64,000 bases of DNA. Origin: Octopus vulgaris (lineage: Eukaryota). The stretch lies in assembly GCA_951406725.2 (NCBI GenBank), contig OX597819.1:80972001-81036000 (forward strand), given 5' to 3'. This document shows, one piece after another, positions 37,665 to 49,984 of this stretch. The notes beneath the pieces are model-generated. The model was not told the origin of the DNA and did no database searches. It was given only the letters and a program-made list of their open reading frames with translations. How positions within the stretch are numbered: position 1 is the first letter of the stretch; each line of letters opens with the position of its first letter. A program made the position numbers and the translations under genes.

Positions 37665-37776
37665 AGAGGAGAGAACTTCTACATGGAAAACTGCTGATCT
37701 CTCATACTCACTCTACCCAGAGGAGAGAACTTCTACATGGAAAACTGCTGATCTCTCATACTCACTCTACCCAGAG
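37665..37776 (+). repeat. Exact 54-bp tandem duplication within a GC-richer, LINE-5'-UTR-like segment
   Basis: AGAGGAGAGAACTTCTACATGGAAAACTGCTGATCTCTCATACTCACTCTACCC x2 plus AGAG. Confidence 0.95.
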
Positions 37777-38733
37777 CAGCGCCCTCCATATGGTGAAATC
37801 TGAGGGAGATTTGGGTATCATACTTAGTAGGCCAAGTGACTAAGTAGAGACTTTCTTATTGACTCCTTCGTCTTTGTGTTGGCTTTCATGCCCAGTTCTG
37901 TTATAATTCAGCCTATTCTAGACTGAAAGTTAAAGCCTAACATTAAGACCGATTCACTCAAGAAGATTACGTGAGATATACTTTTGAAAATTCAAGTTGT
38001 TTTAGATTCTGATAAAAGAAATACCGTCAGTTTTATAAAATAAAATTAGCTAACACAATTAAATAGAATTAGTCAACTTTTGATCCACTGTTAGAAACTA
38101 GATAAGATATCAAATCTGAAAGTTGTGGCAATATTGAATTTCTGACCTGGCTGGGTGATTTCCTGTTCATCCAACCAACTCCAGCACATATAAAAATTAG
38201 TAAATGTTTTGTTATTTTTTTTAACCTAGAAGGCAGACAGATGTTGATAGCAATGACGAACGACAACGATGATATTGGTTTCAAAGTTGTGCAAATCTAC
38301 GTATCATAGCAACTTTCTTGTACAGTACCTTTAATAAGTTTCCAACATTGGCGCAGATGCTTCATGACCCTCAGCAAAACAGTAGTATTTAATAAAAAAA
38401 AAAAAAGAAATATAAAAAAAAGACGGCGGCTTGTTTCTACTGTCATATTAGCAAGCAAGCTCACAACTCCATGTTAGATTTAGATCGTATCAGTTGCATT
38501 AAAACTTCAGAAAAATAAACACACACACACACACACACACACAATTCGTTTCTGGAACACCTCTTATGACGTCAATGATACATAAGTGCGTGTATGTGTG
38601 TGTGATGTGCGCGGTGTATGCTCATACATGCATATATTTACACTCACACATACGCATACAAACACACACATATATATATATATATAAATGCATATGTATA
38701 CATACATATATATGTATACATACATATATATGT

Positions 38734-38776
<43 letters not shown>

Positions 38777-38805
38777 CATAAATGTATGTATGTTTATATA
38801 TATTA

Positions 38806-38855
<50 letters not shown>

Positions 38856-38858
<3 letters not shown>

Positions 38859-39032
38859 TGGCTGTGTGGTAAGTAGCTTGATTACAAACCACATGGTCCC
38901 GGGTTCAGTCCTACTGCGTGGCACCTTGGGCAAGTGTCTTCTACTATAGCCTCGGACCGACCAAAGCCTTGTGAGTGGATTTGGTAGACGGAGACTGAAA
39001 GAAGCCCGTCGTATATATGTATGTGTATATAC

Positions 39033-39066
<34 letters not shown>

Positions 39067-39292
39067 ATGTGTGTGTTTGTGTCTCTGTTTGTCCCCCCAA
39101 CATCGCTTGACAACCGATGCTGGTGTGTTTACGTCCCCGTAACTTAGCGGTTCGGCAAAAGAGACCGATAGAATAAGTATTAGGCTTACAAAGAGTAAGT
39201 CCTGGGGTCGATTTTCTCGACTAAAAGCGGTGCTCCAGCATGGCCACAGTCAAATGACTGAAACAAGTAAAAGTGTAAAAGAGAGTAAAGAG

Positions 39293-39293
<1 letters not shown>
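38856..39293 (+). mobile_element. SINE family B
   Basis: Family B consensus. Confidence 0.9.
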
Positions 39294-39324
<31 letters not shown>

Positions 39325-39354
39325 TATATACTCTTTACTCTCTTTTACACTTTT

Positions 39355-41105
39355 CTACGAGAAAAGAAGAGAAGAATCTCGGAAGAAACTACGAAGTTAT
39401 TCGAGAAGAGGAAAAATATGAAGCGGACTATTGAAGATCACCTTGAATATTCCCTTCTCAGCAGAGTGATTCGTCAGCAACTAAAGAAAGACTTTGAGGC
39501 ATACCGGATGGAGAAGCTTTTGAAGGCCGCAGAGGAAAAGAAGAACCTTAAGAAATGCAAGAGGGACATGGTACTATATAGATCGGAAGTGACGGCCCTG
39601 AAAAATATAGATGGAATACCGGTCAACGATAAGAGCGAGATGGAAAAAGTTTGCAAAGACTTCTACACCAAGCTCTTTAAGTCCACCAGAAATGTCCAGC
39701 CGTTACCACCACTCCAACAGGAAGAAAATGTGCCACCTATCCTTGTCAGTGAGGTTGAAAGAGCCATCGGCTTGATGAAAAACGGAAAGGCGCAAGGAAA
39801 AGACGGTATAACATCGGAGGTGCTAAAGTCAGACAGAGAGCAGCTCTGGAAAATCCTCGCTGAGCGATTTACGCACTATCTAGACGAGGGAAGAATTCCT
39901 TCGCAGTGGAAAGAGTCAAATACCATCCTGCTATATAAGAAGGGCGATAGAGAAGATCTAAAGAACTACCTACCCATATGCCTACTGTCTCACGTGTACA
40001 AGCTGTTCACGAAGATAATTCTGAACAGGTTATCACGTCATCTCGACGAACAACAACCGAGGGAACAAGCCGGCTTCCGGAAGAACTACAGCACGATGGA
40101 CCATATATTTACTCTAACTCAACTGCTTGAGCGAGCGAAATGAGTACAAGCTGCCTCTTTGCGTTGCGTTTGTAGACTATGAGAAGGCTTTCGATAGCGT
40201 CGAAACCAACGCAGTGCTGAACTCGCTGCAGAGGCAAGGAGTCGAGGCGCAATATGTGCAACTGCTCAGGGAGGCAAATTCCGGATGCACCACCGACATA
40301 GCTCTGCTGTCATCACCCGTACGAGTGCCGATCGAGATGGGAGTGAAGAAAGGAGATACAATCTCCCCAAAACATTTTACCGCGTGTCTCGAACAGATCA
40401 TCAGAGGCATCGACTGGCAAGGCAGTGTCTACATCAATGGTGAGCTCCTCACCCACCTCCATTTCGCAGACGACATCGTACTCATCGCTGAAACCACGGA
40501 TCAGCTTCAGACCATGCTGACGGAGCTCGACATCAAAAGCTCTGAAGTAGGTCTCAAGATGAACCGCATGAAAACGAAGTTCAAGCGGTCAGACAACGTA
40601 CTAACAGATCGAATGGTGATCGGCAGTGATGAAATAGAGGAGGTAAAGGAATATGTCTACCTGGGACAGGAAGTGAATATGTGTCGAGATATCGAAAAGG
40701 AGATCTCACGGAGAGTAAGGGCCGGATGGAAGGCGTTTAATGGCATAAGGGATGTGCTCAAGGGACGGTTGGACAGGACCACCCGCGCCAGCCTCATCAA
40801 CAGTACAGTTTTACCTGCAATGTTTTACCTGGCTGTGAAACACGGGCTAAAACGAAGAGAGAAGAGCAGGGACTGGTAACGGCTCAAAGAGCCATGGAAA
40901 GATCAATGCTTGGTATCTCGTTGAAAGAGCACATCAGTAGCGAGATCATCAGAAAGAAGTCCGGCTTGAGGGATGTCATCGCAGAGTATACACGCAGCAA
41001 GTTTAGATGGGCTGGACACGTCGCCCGGCTTACCAATAATCGGTGAACCCGCGCGAGTGGAAACGATCACCCGGAAGGCCTCCACGACGGTGGAGTTACG
41101 ATTTC
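39355..41105 (+). pseudogene. 5'-truncated RTE-clade LINE reverse transcriptase with frameshifts and stops
   Basis: KNYLPICLLSHVYKLFTKII, EQAGFRK, FVDYEKAFDSV, GVKKGDTISPK, FADDIVL, YVYLGQ; followed by (TATG)n. Confidence 0.95.
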
Positions 41106-41223
41106 ATATGTACGCGCACGTTTATGTATGTATGTATGTATGTATGTATGTATGTATGTATGTATGTATGTATGTATGTATGTATATATGTATGTATGTA
41201 TGTATGAATGTACACACTCATAT

Positions 41224-41631
41224 CTTTTAGCTGTTTCAGTTATTGGAATGTGGGCATGCTGGGATATCACTTTGAAGCATTTTAGGTGAACCAATCTAGC
41301 CCAGTACGTATTTTAAAACCCTGGTACTTATCGAACTGCTAAGTTACAGAGACATAAACAAGCCGACATCGGTTTCAAGCGGTGGTAGGGGACAAACACA
41401 AACAGAAAGATACATTCACACGGGCACACGCACGCACGCAGGCACACAAAGAAACACACACACACACAGACACACATGACGGGTTTCTTTCAGTTTTCAT
41501 CTACCAAATCCACTAATAAGGCTTTGTTAGGCCCAGAGCTATAGTAGAAAACACTTAGCTAACGTACCACGCTGCGTGACAGAACCCGAAATCAAGTGGT
41601 TGGAAATGAAATTATTTATTTCACAGCCACG

Positions 41632-41635
<4 letters not shown>
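41224..41635 (-). mobile_element. Diverged SINE family B
   Basis: Family B motifs. Confidence 0.75.
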
Positions 41636-41673
<38 letters not shown>

Positions 41674-41794
41674 TATTTATTCAGGAAGTCCTGGAGCAAA
41701 TGTCTAGATGTTTCAGCTTCACACTCCAATGGCGACACATCCGCTAATAAGAGAGACAAATTGGGGATGTTCAAGTCTTGTTCACTCGGTACAA

Positions 41795-41906
<112 letters not shown>

Positions 41907-42289
41907 TTGCGCGCGCATGTGTGTAACTGAACGCAAGGGATTCAGAATAAGCGCCTCCTGAAATCCAAGGAGTAAGCCGCCTCCCCATATTTGGGCAAAA
42001 ACAGTAAAAATATTCAGACAAAGCAAGATGGAAAAATAGAACAGAGGAAAGCAAAATAATTATCCAATTAACAATGCTAGCAAAAATAACTGTCGTTTAA
42101 TAATCTGCCAAAATTTTGTCATTAATGACCTGCTTATAATTGCTCCCATTATTTCTATTTAGAACTAGAATAACTAGAATTAACGCTCTTATTTCACCCG
42201 GTTAACTCCCTCGTTACACTTCAGTCACGTTTTCGTTAATTACAGAAAATCTCAGAGGGTTATAATTAATATTTAGTTTTTGATGTGTA

Positions 42290-42790
42290 ATATTTGCACC
42301 AAATCTGCGATGAAATGCGGAACATGTTCTGCCTGAAATCTATTTATGGTTACGTATATCAGCATTATGCATAACAGAGCATCCGATGCATATTCTACTG
42401 GTAGACACAAAATCCGTATTGTGCTGACTAAATCTCATCACGGAAAAACATGCAAACGTTTTATTGCCAACACATGAAACGTGAAAAATGCTACAAGCAA
42501 TTAGATTGATTACAAAATAAAAATACGATTAGATTAATCATACTTATTTAGTCGTTGATGTAATAATATTTGTATCAATTCTGAAATGAAATGCGGAACG
42601 CATTCTCGATGAAATCAATTTATTGTAGCATATATTAGTTCTATGCATGATGCAGCATCCGACGCATATTCTACTGGTGGACACCAAATCACGAAAAAAC
42701 ATATGCAAGCGTTTTATTGCCAACACATGAAACGTGCAAAACAATTAGACTGATTACAAATAAAAATATGATCGGATAATTCATATTGGT
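42290..42790 (+). repeat. Diverged tandem duplication, period ~276 bp
   Basis: TGAAATGCGGAAC...CTACTGGT.GACAC.AAATC...TTTTATTGCCAACACATGAAACGTG...CAATTAGA.TGATTACAAA occurs twice. Confidence 0.8.
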
Positions 42791-44966
42791 TAGACAATCG
42801 CTTTTTACATCCGTACTCGAAAAGTCGCCGCAGTTACTGACAGCTTTTTCTTTTTTTGAAAAATATTTGGCTGTGGTAAGAAGTTTACTGCCAAACAACA
42901 AGGTTCGAGTTCAGTCACATTGCATGGCACCTTGAGCAATTTCTACTTGGTTTGACCAATCCCTTTTTAAGTGTATTTGGAACACGGAAATTGCAAGGAA
43001 GCTTATCAAGCCAAGAATTTCGGGGCAAGGAGCAAGTCGACTACATCGACCCCAGTACTCGGTCCCAGCATGGTCTACTGAGGACAAGCACATTTCTGCG
43101 CTCCTTGAGAGCCAATGGCATAGGTAAACCAATTTTAAGGCTTAAACTATTCACTTTTGAAATCTCTCAAAGTAGACTCCTTACCAAATTTCTCCTTCTA
43201 TCGACCCCAAACGGATGAAAAGCAAAGTCAATCTCGGTGGAATTTGAACTCAGAACGTAAAGACGGACGAAATGCCGCTAAGCATTTTGTCCGGTGTACA
43301 AACGATTCTGCCAGCTCACCGCCTTTCAGCAGGATAATATTAATTATTTTGACAGACTGAAAACTAAAGAAATTTGGTAAGAAGCGAATGGTTTAAATTT
43401 TAAAATTGATTTACCTATGGTATGGGCAAATGTCAGGCTTCGTGTTACTCTAACTTTGGATAACGAGAAAAAGACAGGCCGGAACACAAGGTGCGCAAAA
43501 AATTATAAACTATCGAGTGAACACAATGTATAAAACATCGGTGTTGGATTAACTAAATACTGCACACAAGCAGCTAGTAGCTTTAACAGCGAAAATATTT
43601 AAAAATTGTTAGTGAATCTTCGTTGTTTTCAGCCCAGCAGGTCATAGCACGAGATCATACGGAGGACCATATAAGATATTTTCGTGTTAACTTTCTACGA
43701 TTTCTTGCAAGGACATTCCTTGGCCAAAGATGCCATGGATCTTACCTTTTGCACACACGTCCAAACAAAAGAAAAAAAAAGAAGCAACTTCAAATCAAAT
43801 TCTTGGAATCACGACTGAAGTCATTTTTGGCAATAAAGCAAATTGCTAAAGTAGTTATTCTTAAATCTGACTGTCTGTAACGTAAAATCTGGCTAGATTC
43901 GCACTCCTCATCTTTCTTGCTCGCTCTCACCTTCTGAATGTATATACGTATATGCATATGTATGTATGTATGTATGTATGATGTCATTATTTAGTTTTAT
44001 TTCAAGATTTCTTGCCAATAGAGAAAGAACTGATTTCTAACCTAGATCCAAGGCAACTTCATTGGAACTTCAACATCAACAACTGGGTATTTTTGTATGT
44101 ATCTATACATGAAGATTTATATGTTTTGTTTTATGTATGTCTACTCATGCATATACTTGCATATCTAGACATGCTCATATATACTTAAATGATGTATGTA
44201 TGTATGTATGTATGTATGTATGTATAAACTCAGGCACACGTACATATTTCTCAACATTAAAGACATTCAGCTAGCACTTTCGAGAATAGAAAAAAATCAT
44301 TTGTTTTTTAAAAAAATAACTTTATAACAAAAGAGGAAAAAATTATGAACCATCGTTCTTTAAATTTCCCTTAAGAAAATTTACGAACAGATATTCATTT
44401 CTCTTTGTTAAATTTTGATAAGTTACTTCCTTTTCAACACTACAAACGTGTTCACACATGGTCATTTGGCTGTTGCGCTTAGTAGAGTTGGGGAACCTTC
44501 AGGCATAAAGATTTTTGCTTGATCAAAGTGAATACACTATACAAAGAGGTTTGGACAGACATCCTAATTATGTAAATGTTAGAATAAAAAAAAGGAGTAT
44601 AAAAATCCTTCTTCAGTCAGAGACACTTATAAGGACGGTTTCTAGATTTCCGCTGCGTATATATTCTCGCTCTGAACGGACGCCGGTCCGTCGCATGACT
44701 AATCTTTTTTACTAGCTGAGTGGACTTGAGCAACATGAATTGAAGAACACAACACGTCACCCGGCCCAGGGGTGGAAACCACAATCTTACGATTTTTAGT
44801 TCAACACCCTAACCACCAAGTCATCCGCCTCCACTATGTGAATGTTAAAATCGTTGAAATTATTGCATAACATATTGCGTGCCATCTAGAGCAAGTGCCT
44901 TCTACTATAGCCTCAAGCCAGCCAAATCCTTGGGAGTGGAATCGGTAGTCGGAAACTGACCGTCGT

Positions 44967-45099
<133 letters not shown>

Positions 45100-45153
45100 C
45101 GTATATATACATATACATACATATATATATATATACATAATATATACATACAT

Positions 45154-45251
<98 letters not shown>

Positions 45252-45366
45252 GTATATGTATATGTATATATATAAATTGAACTCAGAACGTAAAGAGGCA
45301 CTCTTGCCCAAGGTGCCACAGTGGGACTGAACATATGTGTGTGTGTGTGTGTGTGCGTGTTTATAG

Positions 45367-45733
45367 AGTGGTAAGAAGCTTGCTTCCCAACAACGAGGTT
45401 TCGGGTTCAGTCCCACTGCGTGGCACCTTGGGTAAGAGTGCCTCGGGCCGATCAGATCCTTGTGAGTGGATTTAGTGGCGAGAAATTGAACGAAGCCCGT
45501 CATATATACTTAATATATACAATCTGTGTGCGCATCTATATTTGTCCCCCCCCCATCACCGCTTGACAACCGTGTTGGTGTATTTATCACCCCGTAACTT
45601 AGCAGTTTGGTGAAAGGAACCGATAAGATAAGTACCAGGCTTACAAAAATAAGTACTGGAGTCGATTTATTCGACTAAAACTTGAAGGCGGTGCCCCTGC
45701 ATGGCGGCAGTCTAATGACTGAAATAGGTAAAA
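45367..45733 (+). mobile_element. SINE family B
   Basis: Family B motifs. Confidence 0.8.
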
Positions 45734-45789
45734 TATGCATGTATATATGCATGTATATATGTATATATATATATATATATTTTAATGTT

Positions 45790-47303
45790 TTTATTTTTAT
45801 CTAGTTTCAGCTCACAAGCTGTGGCCATGCTGGGGCACCGCCATTTGGTGTTGCTACATGATTTTACTCCACGAATGCTTTTTAGCAATTGCCATTTGGT
45901 GCATGAGAGAGTTCGATGCAGCTGCCCGCATCTGCTCCTCCTCCCGTGAAGTTGGTTCATCTGGGACACCTGACAAGAAAAGATCCAGTTTTATTTTAAA
46001 GACATCTGCATCCACCCCATGCAGATCTCTTAGGTTCTTCGGGGGGATATTGAAGAGCTGTGGGCCTCGGAAGCCCAGGCTATCACAGTATCTTGTCCTA
46101 CAACTTGATGGCAAATTTGGACTCCTTGGCACTATGCAGTGGCGCCCAGTTCTGGCATTTGTATAACTCTCGATGCCAAAGTTTGGGACAAGTCCTTCTA
46201 GGATCTTCCAGATGTATATTATGGCATATCTTTCTCGCCTACGCTCTAAGGAATAGAGTCTCAATCTCTTGAGTCTTTCCCGATAGCTTATACGCTGCAC
46301 AGAGGCTATCTTCTTTGTGTAGCTTCCTTGGATCGCCTCAAGTTCTGTGATTAACTTGACACTGGATGGTGACCATAGCTGAGAGCAATAGTCAAAGTGG
46401 CTTAGGACAAGTGTCCTCCAGAGGACCATCATGGTTTCCTGGTCTCTTGTTCTAAAGGTTCTAAGAATCCATCCGGTCAGCCGCCTACATCTCTTTGCCA
46501 ATTTAGCAACATGCACATGAAAGGTTGCATCATCACTCATGTAAATACCCAGGTTTCGCACTGATTGTGCCTCTGGGATTGCAATCCCTCCAGGTCCAGT
46601 GTATTTATTGGGTATTGCATTTAGTTTTGCATGCTGATAGCATAAAGCTTGAAACTTTTCAGCATTGAACTGCATGCTATTCTTTTCAGCCCACTTGTAT
46701 ATTTTGTCCAGCTCACATTGCAGGTGCTTAGTGTCTTCAGGGTTCTGTATTGCCTGTGAAACTTTTGTATCATCTGCATAACTTGTGATCGTGGCTCTCT
46801 GCGTGGCTGAGGGCATGTCTGAGAGGGCCATTATGAACAGTAGTGGTCCCAAAACAGTGCCTTGCGGAACACCGCTCACTATTTGCGTGTTAATGGAAGT
46901 GGCTACTACCACCTGACTTCTATCCTTCAGAAAGTCATGAAACCATTCTCCCAATTCTCACGCAGTTTGTGACATATCATTCCATGATCGACTTTATCAA
47001 AGGCCTTTGCAAAGTCGAGATATATGACTTCCACATTTGAGTGGTTGAGCAGTCGTTTCAGCACCCAGTCATAGTGTTGTAGGAGCTGAGTTAAGCAGCC
47101 TCTTCCTGGTCGGAAACCATGTTGGGTGTCAGGCAGCAAGTCATTTTCTTCAAGGAAGGTGATTAGTTTCCTTCTGACTATTCGTTCCATGACCTTGCTG
47201 ATGGTTGAGGTCAGAGAGATAGGTCTGTAGTTCTTGGCCTCCGCTCTGCTACCTCCTTTATGAATAGGGCATATTTTACCTTCCTTCGGTTTTCTTGGAA
47301 GTT

Positions 47304-47306
<3 letters not shown>
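45790..47306 (-). pseudogene. 5'-truncated CR1-clade LINE (RT + 3' UTR)
   Basis: NYRPISLTS, QHGFRPGR, YLDFAKAFDKVDH, SGVPQGTVLGPLLF, SYADDTK, DYCSQLWSP, LYSLERRRER; one frameshift/deletion near 46940. Confidence 0.95.
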
Positions 47307-47350
<44 letters not shown>

Positions 47351-47353
47351 CAT

Positions 47354-47764
47354 AGGCGCAGGAGTGGCTGTGTGGTAAGTAGCTTGATTACCAACCACGT
47401 GGTTCCGGGTTCACTCCCACTGCGTGGCATCTTGGGCAAGTATCTTCTGCTATTGCCCCGGGCCGACCAATCCTTGTGAGTGGATTTGGTAGACGGAAAC
47501 TGAAAGAAGCCTGTCGTATATATGTATATATATATATATGTGTGTGTATATATGTATGTGTATCTGTGTTTGTCCCCCTAGCATTGCTTGACAACCGATG
47601 GTGGTGTGTTTACGTCCCCGTAACTTAGCGGTTCGGCGAAAGAGACCGATAGTACTGGGCTTACAAAGAATAGATCCCGGGGTCAATTTGCTCGACTAAA
47701 GGCGGTGCTCCAGCATGGCCGCAGTCAAATGACTGAAACAAGTAAAAGAGTAAAAGAGTAAAGA

Positions 47765-47766
<2 letters not shown>
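47354..47766 (+). mobile_element. Full SINE family B
   Basis: Family B consensus with a (TAAAAGAG)n tail. Confidence 0.9.
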
Positions 47767-47838
<72 letters not shown>

Positions 47839-48283
47839 ACATACGATGGATAATTGTCAGCTAATTACCACTGTTTCTTACTCATATTTTTAATAGTGGA
47901 AAGGGAGAACATTACTCTATTACATAAATCCTTAATCATCAGAGGAAACGTAATTTTACAACCAAAAGAATATCACAAGAATGCGTCATCTGTTATAATT
48001 CATTTGATCATATTACACCAAGGGGATTTACGACTTGTCGGACACCCTAGAATATACCAACAACGTACTATTCAAAGTAACGCGTGATTTGGACCAGCCC
48101 CTAGGTGCTGAATACTCATAGGGTTGGTTTTCTCTGTATACACATCCGGAATATTCTATTTGATATTTACCAGCCACAAGCCGGAGCTAGAGGTTTTATC
48201 TCTAGAGGTTTTATACACACAAACATATGTATAGGAGCAAAGAGATGACACCGAAAAACAAAGGTTGTGTAACGAACTGCAGT

Positions 48284-48364
48284 AGCTTACAGCTGTTTCC
48301 GCTATAAGATATGATGGCCTTTTGATTGAGTACTTGAATAACATCCTGTAACTTCATCAGATCC
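48284..48364 (-). ncRNA. Hammerhead with extended stem II, in a probable PLE 3' remnant (~47840-48590)
   Basis: Minus strand CTGATGA-a GTTACAGGATGT...ATATCTTATAGC g-GAAA-CAGCTG-TA; 12-bp stem II with G-U pairs and one mismatch; weak stem I. Confidence 0.6.
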
Positions 48365-49415
48365 TTGAATATGAATTGCACTTTATTTGGGAAAATTACA
48401 TTTTCAGAATATACAAGCCGTTACTAGTAAGAAAGTCAATGTTGATACATATCGAAAGATCTGAGTAGACTCAGTTGTAAGCTAATGAAGTACATTATAT
48501 AACCTTTGATTTTTCCGGTATCAGCTCTTTGTTCCTCTTACTACTTTGTCTATACTCATCTAACATTGTGCTCTATACCATATGTATATTGAGTTCTACA
48601 CCAGTTTATTAGTGGCGCTATGCCTAAGCGAAATATTAATACATATACATGTTTGTGTGTATGTTTGTGTGTGTGAGTGTGTCTTTATGTATGTGTTTGC
48701 CACACAAACACCCGCACACACAACTGCTTGACAACGGATGTTGGTGTGTTTACGTCCCCGTGATATAACGGTTCGGCATAGACCGATAGAATAAGTACTA
48801 GGCTTTAAAAGATCAAAGAAATCCTGAGATTGATTCACACATACATGCACACACATACATGCACATACATACATGCACATACATACATATATACAGATAC
48901 ACGCATACATACAAACACATAGATACACACAAATACATACACACATGTACATACACTCACATACATACACACACACATACATACATACATGCAAATACAT
49001 ACATACATACAAATGCATACACGTACACACACATACATACACTCACATGCATACACATACATGCACACACATACATATATGCAAATATAGTTACACCCAT
49101 ACATACACATACATGCACACACATACATACACACACATACACACACACACATACACATACATACATACACACACATACATACACATACATACATACATGC
49201 ACATACATACATGCACACACATACATACATGCACATGCAAATATAGATACACCCATACATACACATACATGCACACACATACATACACACACATACACAC
49301 ACATACACACACATACATACATACACTCACATGCATACATACACATGCATACACATGCATACATATAAATACATACACATACATACATATATATACACAA
49401 GCGAAGCCAAGCCAA

Positions 49416-49647
49416 GCCCAATGTCGCCAAGAGCGAGCTCTGGTCGCCGTAGCGCTGACTGTGGGGCTGGTAGCTGTGGACAGTCAGCCCAACATTGCCC
49501 AGAGCGAGCTCTGGTCACCGTAGCGCTGACTGTGGGGCTGGAAACTGTGGACAGTCAGCCCAACGTCGCCAAGAGCGAGCTCTGGTCACCGTAGCGCTGA
49601 CTGTGGGGCTTGTAGCTGTGGACAGTCAGCCCAGCGTCGCCCAGAGC
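49416..49647 (+). repeat. GC-rich 71-bp minisatellite, ~3.3 copies
   Basis: Units start at 49416, 49487, 49558 and 49629. Each full unit contains the inverted pair GCTGACTGT...ACAGTCAGC. Confidence 0.95.
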
Positions 49648-49651
49648 TTTG

Positions 49652-49780
49652 CCCATGACACTCCATGGACCCTAAGTAAGCCATGTGTAAAATTTAAATG
49701 AAATTGGTTGTGTAGTTCTCAAGTTTTAGGGATTCACACAGACGGACTGACACACATTCTCAGTTTTATATATATAGATA
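49652..49780 (+). mobile_element. Helitron-like terminal segment; second copy at 53123-53254
   Basis: CCATGACACT.CATGGACCCTAAGTAAG.CATGTGTAAAATTT.AATGAAATTGGTTGTGTAG...CACACATTCTCAG.TTTATATATATAGAT in both places. Confidence 0.6.
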
Positions 49781-49813
49781 TATGTATGTATATTTATATG
49801 CACACACACACAC

Positions 49814-49919
<106 letters not shown>

Positions 49920-49984
49920 ATACAAGTATACATCTGCTTGTACAGATATGTGTATGAATGCAAATATATAAGGTAATATAAGGT

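Noticed and set aside
49416-49647. CRISPR-like array
   Set aside because: Whole units repeat with no unique spacers, there are no cas genes, and the context is eukaryotic.
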